From the IMG/VR virus record IMGVR_UViG_3300025770_000656: DNA of 64,000 nt. The stretch is one strand, 5' to 3'. Made by a program: the position numbers and the translations under genes. Source of the stretch: a virus. The notes beneath the pieces are model-generated. The model did no database searches and was not told where the DNA came from. It was given only the letters and a program-made list of their open reading frames with translations. This document shows positions 39,374 through 48,648 of the stretch, one piece after another (position 1 is the first letter of the stretch; each line of letters opens with the position of its first letter).

Positions 39374-39504
39374 ATGATAAATACTTTTGCAGCGTCACAG
39401 TCCAGTGATGCCAGGTATACCAAATCGACGCAGGGCTTGACCCTTTTTAGAGTTGTATGATCTTAACGCCGACCTGTATATGTTCAAAACATTAGCAAAA
39501 AATA

Positions 39505-39533
39505 TTGACATAATGATACCATTGTTATATAAT
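39505..39533 (+). promoter_or_regulatory. Sigma70-type promoter with an inverted repeat over the -10 box
   Basis: TTGACA-17-TATAAT; taccatt-N7-aatggta at 39517-39537. Confidence 0.75.
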
Positions 39534-39577
39534 GGTAACATCTATAAATTTCATATACAAATAGGAGATTAACAATT

Positions 39578-40459
39578 ATGAAAAAGATTATACTAGCACT
39601 GGCATTGATCACCGCGACTACATCTGCTTACGCAGCAGAATTGGTGGTTGGATCAAGACCAGGTGGGGCAGGAAACTACACATTCGCCGCCGTCCAACCA
39701 ACACTTAAACAACACGGGTATACAAACAACATTCAATTTTTGGGTGATTGCCGAAAAGGAAAAGCAAGACATGAGAGTGGTCCTACTAATGACATGTATT
39801 GGGTTAACAATGCTTATCATAGTATTCCAGGGTGTGGTGTTGAAATTACCAAAGCCAATCTAGTTGATGCTGTTGCTAAATCTAGCACATCCATTTGCTA
39901 CAGAAGTGACAAGGCAGGTCTAGGTCTTGATGATCTGATGTACGGTAACAAAGACAGATCAATTGCCGTTCCAAATATGTGGGAATCATTCGCTAACGCA
40001 CTAATGAATGAGTTCAAAACAACTGCTAAACGGACCGTGATCAATGTTGGTAATTCAAAAGGAGTAGCCAAAACATTGTTAGGTAATGATATTGATTATA
40101 TCATCCATTACAGTAAATGGGCGGCTGTTAATCTTGACAAAGTGACATGTGTTATCAATACCGGTGATACTGCCAGCTTGGAGTCGTTTCCAGGAACAAA
40201 AACTATGGCAGAAGTTGCTCCAAATTTCGCTATTAAAACATTCTATGATGTGTGGTTTATTGTAACTAATCCAAAGAGTGATGCTGACCTACAGAATATG
40301 CGTAAATGGTTTAAGAAAGCCAGAAGTCAAAAACACTTCAGTAACAATTTCAAAGCAAAGGCGTTGGAAGTTATCGATGTTAGCTTCAGTGATGCGTTAA
40401 AGATTGCCAACAAGGCAGTTGGAGATATCAAGATGTTTGAGAAAAATAAAACAAAATAA
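39578..40459 (+). CDS. TctC/Bug-like periplasmic substrate-binding protein
   Basis: Signal peptide, LVVGSRPGG first strand-loop, about 290 aa, next to tctA. Confidence 0.55.
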   Translation: MKKIILALALITATTSAYAAELVVGSRPGGAGNYTFAAVQPTLKQHGYTNNIQFLGDCRKGKARHESGPTNDMYWVNNAYHSIPGCGVEITKANLVDAVAKSSTSICYRSDKAGLGLDDLMYGNKDRSIAVPNMWESFANALMNEFKTTAKRTVINVGNSKGVAKTLLGNDIDYIIHYSKWAAVNLDKVTCVINTGDTASLESFPGTKTMAEVAPNFAIKTFYDVWFIVTNPKSDADLQNMRKWFKKARSQKHFSNNFKAKALEVIDVSFSDALKIANKAVGDIKMFEKNKTK

Positions 40460-40483
40460 CACTTCACGCAACTATATGTGATT

Positions 40484-40510
40484 AAAGAGCCACATAATGT
40501 GGCTCTTTTT
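40484..40510 (+). terminator. Rho-independent terminator
   Basis: aaagagccaca-taa-tgtggctcttttt. Confidence 0.9.
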
Positions 40511-40639
40511 CTATTGTGTGTTTTATAATTTATAAATATAGATATGAAAAATATTCACATTTTTTCTCCATCCCATACCAATAATATGCCTTCAAACCCA
40601 TTGGCGTTTATGTATTTCAAAAAAATTATTATAATACTC

Positions 40640-40666
40640 TTAGCAGTCTAGATCTTAGGCTGCTAA
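40640..40666. terminator. Hairpin, possible terminator
   Basis: ttagcagtcta-gatct-taggctgctaa. Confidence 0.5.
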
Positions 40667-40728
40667 AAGTGTCTATGACTTAATTATATATGCATATAAA
40701 TACTTTCAAGCATGGAGAGGAAAATTAT

Positions 40729-41172
40729 ATGTATGAATATCGAGTTAATGTAAGAAGAGTAGTAGACGGCGATACAGTTGATGTCGACATCGATCTAGGA
40801 TTTGGTGTTTGGATGATGGATGAACGTGTTCGCATGATGGGTATTGACACCCCAGAATCAAGAACCAGAGACAAAGTGGAAAAGAAGTTTGGGCTAGCTG
40901 CTAAAGAAAGACTTAAATCTTTGCTAGGAAAAACATCTGTTCTTCAAACTCAGATCAATAAAGACGGTGAAGATATGAAGGGTAAGTTTGGGCGTATACT
41001 TGGTGATTTTAAAGTTTACGATGCAGTTAATGACAGAGAGTGCGGAGCTACCCAGGTTTTAATACAAGAAGGACATGCAGTTCCATACTTTGGTGGATCC
41101 AAGGATGATGTTGTGGCCCAGCACATGATTAACAGAGAAAGGCTAGTTGAAGAAGGAATAGTTACCCTATAA
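40729..41172 (+). CDS. Staphylococcal nuclease (SNase/thermonuclease)-like protein
   Basis: RVVDGDTVDV, RMMGIDTPE, GKFGRILG; ATG at 40729 after SD GGAGAGG. Confidence 0.85.
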   Translation: MYEYRVNVRRVVDGDTVDVDIDLGFGVWMMDERVRMMGIDTPESRTRDKVEKKFGLAAKERLKSLLGKTSVLQTQINKDGEDMKGKFGRILGDFKVYDAVNDRECGATQVLIQEGHAVPYFGGSKDDVVAQHMINRERLVEEGIVTL

Positions 41173-41235
41173 TGGTTGACAGACTAGCAAATCGTGTTAT
41201 TATAGTTACTATATGGAAACTAATAGGAAAATACC

Positions 41236-41973
41236 ATGCTCTGGAACTTAAAAAATCTTATACTAGCAACAATAATCGGATTTATGATAGGTGTAGTAAG
41301 TTACTACTACCTAGGAATGCCACGAACTATTACGCAAGTAGTTGAAGTAGAAAAGATGGTCCCAGTTGAGATCGTTAAGGTAGAACGAGTAGAAGTTCCT
41401 AAAATTGTAACTAAAGAAGTTATTAAAATTAAGGAAGTACCTACAATTAAAAAAGTAACTCAAACCCGTGTAATATACCTTCCTGCGAAGTCAGAAGTAG
41501 AAGTAGACAAAGAACAACAATACTGCATGGCTTTAAATATATACAGGGAAGCAAATAATCAGAGCTACAACGGCATGATTGCAGTTGGTAGGGTTGTTAT
41601 GAATCGTGTACAGGATAATCGCTGGCCAGGCGACCCGTGCAGTGTTATATATGAAGGGCCAGTAAGGGAATCTTGGAAGACTAAGAAAGATCCTACCTTG
41701 GCTGATAAAGATAGAGTATATAATCCTGTGAGAAACAGATGTCAGTTTAGTTGGTATTGTGATGGTAAGAAGGATGAATTAATAAACACTGATAATAATA
41801 TTAAGTGGAAAGTTGCTAGTGCTATAGCTTACGAGATCTTAGCATACGACAAATGGAATGGGATTGTAGAAGGTGCAAATCATTACCATGCTGATTATGT
41901 TAAGCCAAGCTGGCGTAAACAGATGCAACTAATAAGCCGTATAGACGATCATATCTTCTATAGACAGGAGTAA
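41236..41973 (+). CDS. Cell wall hydrolase (SleB/Hydrolase_2) with N-terminal TM anchor
   Basis: CMALNIYREA, AVGRVVMNRV, CQFSWYCDG, GANHYHADYV.PSW, IDDHIFY. Confidence 0.9.
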   Translation: MLWNLKNLILATIIGFMIGVVSYYYLGMPRTITQVVEVEKMVPVEIVKVERVEVPKIVTKEVIKIKEVPTIKKVTQTRVIYLPAKSEVEVDKEQQYCMALNIYREANNQSYNGMIAVGRVVMNRVQDNRWPGDPCSVIYEGPVRESWKTKKDPTLADKDRVYNPVRNRCQFSWYCDGKKDELINTDNNIKWKVASAIAYEILAYDKWNGIVEGANHYHADYVKPSWRKQMQLISRIDDHIFYRQE

Positions 41974-41974
41974 A

Positions 41975-42745
41975 ATGTTTAATACGGATGGCTTAGATAA
42001 AGCCAAAGCTGATTTTAAAATCCAGCGTTTTTGTGTAATTGATAATATTATACAGGAACCCTGGATTTCTGATCTTTACAAATGTTTACCAACCATGAAC
42101 ATGGGATACTGGATGTGTGCTGGGCATAAACATCAAAAAGTATCACAAGAAAAAGCTAACACTATAGACTTAGCAGGTTACAAAAGTTACCACAAAAATG
42201 TTTCTTTACAGACTTTTGGTTATTGGCACAAAGCTAAATGGTTGCTTAAAGAAGAAGATTTTATAGAAAATGATTACCCTAAGACTATTGAATTTAGTCG
42301 TGTAGTATGCGGAGATTATAGTTTAGGAAAACCAGATACTACATTTTTAGATATTGCTGAACATGTTACTGAATTTCCAAACATGTATACTGACCAACCA
42401 AGTTACAGTGCATACGATCACGAATCATGGTTAAATCCACACCATGATCCCAGACGTTGGTGTGCCTACATATTTTACTTTAACCCAGACTGGAAATCTC
42501 ACTGGGGCGGGCAATTATGCTTAATGAATAAAGATGAGCAGACTATTAAGCATAGCATTGAACCATTTGGTAATCGTTTAGTTCTTATGGATGTTAGCGA
42601 TACAACTGGGAACAGACAAAACAAGCATTTTATTAGTCCAGTAAGTTATATTGCTCCGCACCCACGCTATAGTTTGGCTGGTTGGTTCTATCCTAAAGAC
42701 CCTGATGGTATAATACCAATAAGTATTGCTAACCAGGGAACTTAA
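41975..42745 (+). CDS. 2OG-Fe(II) oxygenase (prolyl-hydroxylase-like)
   Basis: HHD (HxD), YIFYFNPDW...WGGQL, distal H and RYSLAGW. Confidence 0.8.
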   Translation: MFNTDGLDKAKADFKIQRFCVIDNIIQEPWISDLYKCLPTMNMGYWMCAGHKHQKVSQEKANTIDLAGYKSYHKNVSLQTFGYWHKAKWLLKEEDFIENDYPKTIEFSRVVCGDYSLGKPDTTFLDIAEHVTEFPNMYTDQPSYSAYDHESWLNPHHDPRRWCAYIFYFNPDWKSHWGGQLCLMNKDEQTIKHSIEPFGNRLVLMDVSDTTGNRQNKHFISPVSYIAPHPRYSLAGWFYPKDPDGIIPISIANQGT

Positions 42746-42747
42746 AT

Positions 42748-43407
42748 ATGGCAAATATTAAAATTTCTAAGATATTAAAGAGTGCTTTTCCTTTGAATAA
42801 TTTTCAAACTATAGTAGATTACTATCAGCTAACAAGAAAAAAAAATGCTAGGAAGTATTTTGACGAGTTTGATACGCATTGGGAAAACAAATGGAACGCT
42901 GTTGAGATATTAGATCTAGTACAACGAGATAGAATACGCATATTAGATGTTGGTGCAGGTATTGGGTTGTTTGCCTGGATATGTTCATCACTGGGTCATA
43001 AGGTTGATGTAACTGAACTTCCTGTTAAAAACAATTATCAACCTCCTGATGTTATAAACTTCTTTGATGATGTTAAGCAGTCATATAACTTGCACAAGCA
43101 GGTTGATACCTATAGATGGGAAATATCCAGTACAAATTTTTATTTTCCCAGTAAAAGAAAGTATGACTTAATAGCCATGCAGAGAACTAATTTTGATATT
43201 GACTGGAATGCAAACGAATACATAAGATGGATAACGAATTGTTTAATGCCAGGATTGTTACCTGGAGGCAGGGTATTTTGGGTTTGTTCATGGAAAAAAT
43301 CTAAAATGTTACAAGCTGCATGCGATCAAGGAGAAATTAAATACTTTCGACATACTAGCAAAGAAGATAATATATTTGAGTTATATGATCAACAAGGTGT
43401 GCAATAA
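42748..43407 (+). CDS. Class I SAM-dependent methyltransferase
   Basis: ILDVGAGIG motif I; LLPGGR. Confidence 0.75.
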   Translation: MANIKISKILKSAFPLNNFQTIVDYYQLTRKKNARKYFDEFDTHWENKWNAVEILDLVQRDRIRILDVGAGIGLFAWICSSLGHKVDVTELPVKNNYQPPDVINFFDDVKQSYNLHKQVDTYRWEISSTNFYFPSKRKYDLIAMQRTNFDIDWNANEYIRWITNCLMPGLLPGGRVFWVCSWKKSKMLQAACDQGEIKYFRHTSKEDNIFELYDQQGVQ

Positions 43408-43415
43408 ATACTAGT

Positions 43416-43781
43416 ATGAAGTACGTTAAACCACAATTTGATGTAGAATGGGAAGAGGCTAACCGCTATCCATATCTAGAAAAACTAGGTCAAGAAGGCT
43501 GGGTGAAACTTGCTAAAACAGGCAAAGTATTCACAGTTAACAAAAACAGTATTAGAAAAATTGGTAATACTGGTGCTGATGGCAGTGAAACATTGGATGA
43601 CCTAGAGCCGGATAAGGTTGCAAGACTTAAAAAAGCCATGGACTCAGGTACAATTGAAATGCCTATAGTTGTTAAACAACCAGACGGTTCGCTAGAGTTA
43701 ATTGCTGGAAACACTAGGTTAATAGGACTTATTAGTACATATGGTGAAGCAAAGGTTTGGGTTGTAGATGCTACTATATGA
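43416..43781 (+). CDS. ParB/Srx-like domain protein
   Basis: MPIVV...ELIAGNTRL. Confidence 0.6.
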   Translation: MKYVKPQFDVEWEEANRYPYLEKLGQEGWVKLAKTGKVFTVNKNSIRKIGNTGADGSETLDDLEPDKVARLKKAMDSGTIEMPIVVKQPDGSLELIAGNTRLIGLISTYGEAKVWVVDATI

Positions 43782-44457
43782 ACTTACAGAAGCACGTTTA
43801 CAGCCTGATCAGGACTACCTTGCACACATAGGCGATATATTGGACGATGCTAATGCTGAGTATGCAGAGTTTCTAAAAAAAAATAATGATAAAGACGACG
43901 TAGAAGAATTAGTAGACATATTGCAGAGTTACAGTGATTCTGAAGAGTTAGATTTAGACTGGCATGTAGGAGACACTGGCCGTAAAGCAGTAGACTGGTA
44001 CATACAGAGTGCAGTGGTACAGGGAGATGGTAGCATTGACGTTATCATTGATCCTGACAGTACCATTGGTTATTGGGGACCAAAGTCATTTAAAGATAGT
44101 GTACTAAAAACCCTGGCACACGAAACAATACACCTAGCCCAGCGAGATCGTATGGGTGCTGACAAATATAAAAATTTACCCAGTGGATATATGCAGGGTG
44201 TACGCAAAGCAGAAAAATCTGGCAAAGAACGTGACATGATCCGTACTTACTTTCGTGACCCACATGAGCTAATGGCGCACGGACACGATTTAGCACAGGA
44301 GATACTGGCTAGTAGTAATCCTGAGGATGCTCTACGTAATCCAGAAAAATATAGGGAGGAATTACCTGCCTATGATAAACACAGACAAATCTTCCCACCC
44401 AATGCAAAGCCGCTACAGCAATTATTAAAATACGCTAGCGGATATGTTAAAAATTAA
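43768..44457 (+). CDS. HExxH (zincin-like) protein with head-protein-type leader
   Basis: MLLYELTEA; LAHETIHLAQ; YFRDPHELMA. Confidence 0.55.
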   Translation: MLLYELTEARLQPDQDYLAHIGDILDDANAEYAEFLKKNNDKDDVEELVDILQSYSDSEELDLDWHVGDTGRKAVDWYIQSAVVQGDGSIDVIIDPDSTIGYWGPKSFKDSVLKTLAHETIHLAQRDRMGADKYKNLPSGYMQGVRKAEKSGKERDMIRTYFRDPHELMAHGHDLAQEILASSNPEDALRNPEKYREELPAYDKHRQIFPPNAKPLQQLLKYASGYVKN

Positions 44458-44492
44458 AGTATACGAAATATAAACCATCTTAGAATGTGGTA

Positions 44493-44720
44493 TCAGGCAT
44501 GTTTATGCAAAACAACTTTATAACTACCGCCATCAATATTTAATTTGGCTTCGCGAACTCGAGGATGACTACTAGCCCATGCTGGAAACTCACGTAGCAT
44601 TTCGCCTTTGCCAGTGATTACTTTAAATGCTTTTACCCTACGGTAATAAGCATCGTCTGCCTCTTGCACGAATGTTTTCCATCCATTGTGTATAGTTGTT
44701 CCGTGTAAGTCCAATGCCAT
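44493..44720 (-). CDS. Stand-alone Smr-domain protein
   Basis: LDLHG, VITGKG, GGSYKVVL. Confidence 0.8.
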   Translation of the reverse strand: MALDLHGTTIHNGWKTFVQEADDAYYRRVKAFKVITGKGEMLREFPAWASSHPRVREAKLNIDGGSYKVVLHKHA

Positions 44721-44796
44721 ATACTTACTTATTTTGGTTGACTAATTATACACAATAGTATATTATAAATATAGTTATAAGTTTAAGGAAACAGCT

Positions 44797-45282
44797 ATGA
44801 ACATTAAAATAAAGAATATTCTACTGGTATCAGCAGTTGCAGTAAGTTTAGGTGCATGCCAGACCATGGGAAATAATGCTCCTAAAGCTACTATGGGAAC
44901 TGTACTAGGCGGTGCAATGGGCGGACTTGCTGGTTCACAAGTTGGTGGCGGCAGTGGAAAACTTGCTGCTGTTGGTATTGGTGCAGTACTAGGTGCATTT
45001 ATGGGTAACAGCATTGGCGCCAGCTTAGATGAGTTGGACAAGATTAAAATGCAGAAAACTAGTCAGCGTAGCTTGGAAAATATGCGTGATAATCAAGTAG
45101 CTAGTTGGTCAAATCCTAACTCAGGAAACTCAGGAACAGTTATGCCTATGAGGACTTACCAACGTGCATCTGGACAATATTGCCGGGAATATCAGCAAAC
45201 TATTACAATTGGCGGTAAACAGGAAACAGCATTTGGTAAAGCATGTAGACAACCAGATGGATCTTGGCAAGTTCAAGGTTAA
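44797..45282 (+). CDS. 17 kDa surface-antigen-like lipoprotein (glycine zipper, RT0821/Lpp0805-like)
   Basis: Lipobox LGAC, G..GA..GG glycine zipper, W.NP.SG.SG, CREYQQTITIGG..ETAFGKACRQPDGSW. Confidence 0.85.
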   Translation: MNIKIKNILLVSAVAVSLGACQTMGNNAPKATMGTVLGGAMGGLAGSQVGGGSGKLAAVGIGAVLGAFMGNSIGASLDELDKIKMQKTSQRSLENMRDNQVASWSNPNSGNSGTVMPMRTYQRASGQYCREYQQTITIGGKQETAFGKACRQPDGSWQVQG

Positions 45283-45386
45283 CCAGGTAGCTATACCTAC
45301 TGACGGCCGCGGTAAAGGGTCAAAGCATAAAAGGTGCTGTGGAGCGGGTAAAAAATAGTAATTACTATATATACATTACAGAAAAT

Positions 45387-45409
45387 GCTCACTTTTGTGG
45401 GCTTTTTTT
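45387..45409 (+). terminator. Rho-independent terminator
   Basis: gctcac-tttt-gtgggc followed by T7. Confidence 0.75.
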
Positions 45410-45480
45410 GTAGGGAATGGTTGACTATTGGTAAGATCGTGCTATTATATGTATAGTTAAACAACACAAGAGACCAAACA

Positions 45481-45870
45481 ATGTTTACATACGATGAAAC
45501 TATTTTTTCAGATCTTCATAAAGATGCGTATGGGTTTCGTCCTCGCGGTCACAACTTTTATACAGCTACGCCTGCAGAGAAGCAGAAAATCTGGGATACA
45601 ACTATTCTAGATATGGAAGCCGCCCAGGAAGCGGAGATAGCTCGCGAAAAAGAGTGTGAAAAAGAGTTTAAAAATCAGATCAGCAAAGTTATCGAAGCTG
45701 GTGCTGGCAACCGCATCAATGCTCTCCGGTGGATGACGTCTACCGAGACGTTTTACCACAGTCAGTCTGTTGAGGGCTGGGTGTACAAACAGGGAATCCT
45801 GTTCACTGACTACGGACGGGAGCTCGTCAAGGAGCTCATGGAGATCGTTGAGTTTGAGGAGGATGCATAA
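45481..45870 (+). CDS. Early hypothetical protein
   Basis: After a TTGAC-type promoter; SDLHKDAYGFRPR motif. Confidence 0.7.
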   Translation: MFTYDETIFSDLHKDAYGFRPRGHNFYTATPAEKQKIWDTTILDMEAAQEAEIAREKECEKEFKNQISKVIEAGAGNRINALRWMTSTETFYHSQSVEGWVYKQGILFTDYGRELVKELMEIVEFEEDA

Positions 45871-46085
45871 TGCGTACAGTAACAGTTTCGGCCGCTGGTC
45901 GGTTGTTTTGTGGCTCACCGTCAATGGGTACTCTTGTTGATGAAGGTATCCTGAGTAAAGAATATGCAGCCAATTATTCTGGAATGGGTGTAAATATCGT
46001 CTGGACTAACATATCCAAAAATGTAATCGTAAAAAACGATTATGAAACCATTAAGCCAGGAGAAAGTGTAACATGGGAGAAGTAA
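45870..46085 (+). CDS. Hypothetical protein
   Basis: TAATG-coupled ORF. Confidence 0.55.
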   Translation: MRTVTVSAAGRLFCGSPSMGTLVDEGILSKEYAANYSGMGVNIVWTNISKNVIVKNDYETIKPGESVTWEK

Positions 46086-46411
46086 TTAATATGGAAGTAG
46101 GTGATCATGTTAGCGTTGCTGGCACGAGCCTAGTAGGTAAAGTTAAAACAACCTACGATGAATTAGAGGCAGTTTTTGGCCCTCCAACTTATAAGGGTGG
46201 AGACAAAACAACCGCAGAATGGAATATCGAATTTCTTGTTAGGGACGATGATGATGATTATGACGAAGAATACATAGTCGCTAGCATCTACGATTGGAAG
46301 ATGCAGGATACTCCGTTTGGGCCATATGATTGGCATGTGGGTGGAGCAAGAAATAATGATGCCGTGTGGTATGTTCAAGACATGCTAGACGCACATAGGA
46401 AGGGACAGTAA
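46073..46411 (+). CDS. Hypothetical phage protein
   Basis: TSL.G...TTYDEL..VFGPP...DKT..EW...IYDWK...WHVGG. Confidence 0.7.
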   Translation: MGEVINMEVGDHVSVAGTSLVGKVKTTYDELEAVFGPPTYKGGDKTTAEWNIEFLVRDDDDDYDEEYIVASIYDWKMQDTPFGPYDWHVGGARNNDAVWYVQDMLDAHRKGQ

Positions 46412-46427
46412 GAAAGATACCTGTAAA

Positions 46428-46988
46428 ATGAATATTTTGTATGTACATGGGTTTGGTAGTAACTACGATACTACTAGCCCAAAGATTAAAATGCTAGAAG
46501 AACTAGGCACAGTCGTTGGTAAAGACGTAGATTATTCTAGTGGATTTAAAAAGGTATATGCTGAGATCAAAGATTTTGCACTAGGTAATGACATAGACCT
46601 AATTGTTGGTACTAGCCTAGGTGGACACACTGCATCACATGTTGGCACTAACTTAGGCATACCATTTGTAGCAATTAACCCTGCTATTACTCCTAGCGTG
46701 TCACTTAAGGACTACCTAGGCACACACAATGATTTCGTTGGTAGTACCTATACTCTACGAGAAGATATAGTAGATGCGTGGCCCTCTTTTTTAACTGGGG
46801 GATGTGGATGTATTATTGTAGAAATGGGTGATGAGATTTGTGATGCAAACGAAACTATAACAGAATTAACACCTCATTACGAAGTAAATGCTTTACCTAA
46901 CGGAAGTCACATATTTGACGACTTAAAATCAGGTAAAGAAATAATTAGTAAATTCGTTGTTAACAACCCTTGCGGATACGGCGCTTAA
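46428..46988 (+). CDS. YqiA/UPF0227-like alpha/beta hydrolase (esterase)
   Basis: YVHGF.S, VGTSLGG, INPA, GDE, GSH. Confidence 0.85.
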   Translation: MNILYVHGFGSNYDTTSPKIKMLEELGTVVGKDVDYSSGFKKVYAEIKDFALGNDIDLIVGTSLGGHTASHVGTNLGIPFVAINPAITPSVSLKDYLGTHNDFVGSTYTLREDIVDAWPSFLTGGCGCIIVEMGDEICDANETITELTPHYEVNALPNGSHIFDDLKSGKEIISKFVVNNPCGYGA

Positions 46989-47004
46989 TTTAAATAAATA
47001 CTTT

Positions 47005-47628
47005 ATGCGCTTTAAAGAATTTATAACAGAAACGTTTGTAAACATTATTGGCTTTGACGACACTGCTCAGGCTAATAAAGAAAAATACAAAGACATTGTA
47101 TGGCATTTGCTTCAAAAAAGTTACGCTAGTATTGGCGGCATTAAAGGAAGCGGCTTTGCTAATCCTGATGATATGGTTACCAAAATACCTTTTTGGAAGA
47201 TTGCAATGCGAGCAGGAAAACCTGTAGCAGTTATTCTCTATAAAGATAAAGGTGGACGAAAAAGCGTTGCTATGGGTAGTGATGGTAGTGCAGACGCTAA
47301 CGCTTTTGTTAATGAGATATTTAAAAACGAAATATACCGTAGTTACGGTGAAAAATCAAAAGCATCATTGGGTAAAATGATGAAAACAGTACCATGGGAA
47401 GTACTTCAAAATTATGTAAGTACGCCACAAGAAGCAGATAAAGTCCTAGGCAAATACGAAATTACTCCTATTAAACAGGTACCAAAAGACCAATGGCCCG
47501 AAGATGCACAAATGACGCTTACACGTTATCCACAATTATTAGATTACGGGTACTTACGAGACCTAAATGGAGTTCCAACCTTTAAGGTGTTAATAGGTAC
47601 GCCCGGTAAAAACGTAGTTCCAAACTAA
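47005..47628 (+). CDS. Probable internal head protein
   Basis: ATG at 47005 after ATAAATA; MRFKEFITE leader. Confidence 0.6.
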   Translation: MRFKEFITETFVNIIGFDDTAQANKEKYKDIVWHLLQKSYASIGGIKGSGFANPDDMVTKIPFWKIAMRAGKPVAVILYKDKGGRKSVAMGSDGSADANAFVNEIFKNEIYRSYGEKSKASLGKMMKTVPWEVLQNYVSTPQEADKVLGKYEITPIKQVPKDQWPEDAQMTLTRYPQLLDYGYLRDLNGVPTFKVLIGTPGKNVVPN

Positions 47629-47754
47629 CTATCATTTAGCATAACTTGCTGGTCTATAGACTACCGACATGAATGATTAATTAAGAAAAATGGTTGACGT
47701 TCTAGATGTCTGTGTTACTATTAATATAGTTAAACAACTTAAGACTGGAGAAGT

Positions 47755-48018
47755 GTGATGAATATCGAAAACATTGAAATTGGTAAATCTTACGATTGTG
47801 AATTTACTGTTAATATTCCTCTTGATGAGTGGGGTCGCCCAGGCGGCATGCACAGCCTTGCTGATGTGCCCGTTGTAAGAGTTGGGGATTATTCAGGTAC
47901 TGGCTTATTGCTAGCACGTGATTCAGCAAGCAAGTTGGTTGAAGTTCGCGATTACAAATCAAACGCAGAGTTTGTCGTTGAATTTAAAGACATTGCAAAG
48001 GTGACTCAAAATGACTAA
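47755..48018 (+). CDS. Early hypothetical protein
   Basis: After a TTGAC promoter and SD GGAG. Confidence 0.6.
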   Translation: MMNIENIEIGKSYDCEFTVNIPLDEWGRPGGMHSLADVPVVRVGDYSGTGLLLARDSASKLVEVRDYKSNAEFVVEFKDIAKVTQND

Positions 48019-48196
48019 GGCAGAAAAAGCTATTCAAGACGAAATGCTGGCTATCCCAACATTCTTAAATCGTCAAATTAACCCAGACGTTCAGTCAGTT
48101 GGTTTTGAAACTATTGATGGTAACCTTTACAAGAAAGATGACAAAGGAAACCTTTACAATGCTAAAACTAACAAGCTCAAGCGTGGAAAAAGATAA
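48011..48196 (+). CDS. Hypothetical protein
   Basis: Coupled 61 aa ORF. Confidence 0.55.
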   Translation: MTKAEKAIQDEMLAIPTFLNRQINPDVQSVGFETIDGNLYKKDDKGNLYNAKTNKLKRGKR

Positions 48197-48648
48197 TGGA
48201 TGTTAACCCGATCACGCCGTCCGGTTTGGGGCGGCGTGATTATCGTATTATGGATTTTGCTAGGCGCCAAGCTATCGATAACGATGATTACCGCCGCGCA
48301 AAACTTGCGGCTATTATAGGCATTAAAAATAAGATTATTAGTGTAGGTACTAACAAAATAAAAACTCACCCGTTCCAGAAAACGTATGCTAAGAACAGTG
48401 AGGCTATATTTCTTCATGCTGAAATAAATGCTATTAAGAATAGTTTAAACCATATAGATCCTGAGGATTTAAGAAAATCTACTCTATACATTTACCGTGT
48501 TAAACGTCCAACAGAAAATTCTAAACAATGGATTAACGGCATGGCTAAACCCTGTACAGGGTGTATGAGAGCAATTGTAGAATTTGAGTTCAAACGTGTT
48601 ATATATACCACTGATATTCCTGATGAGTATGCTGTTATAAATGCATAA
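48196..48648 (+). CDS. Zinc-dependent cytidine/dCMP deaminase-like protein (alternative start at 48250)
   Basis: HAE...PCTGC Zn ligands. Confidence 0.8.
   Translation: MDVNPITPSGLGRRDYRIMDFARRQAIDNDDYRRAKLAAIIGIKNKIISVGTNKIKTHPFQKTYAKNSEAIFLHAEINAIKNSLNHIDPEDLRKSTLYIYRVKRPTENSKQWINGMAKPCTGCMRAIVEFEFKRVIYTTDIPDEYAVINA

Noticed and set aside
35630-40520. attL/attR duplication of the tRNA-Gly 3' end around the island
   Set aside because: No second copy of the tRNA 3' sequence and no integrase were found, so it is not called an integrative element
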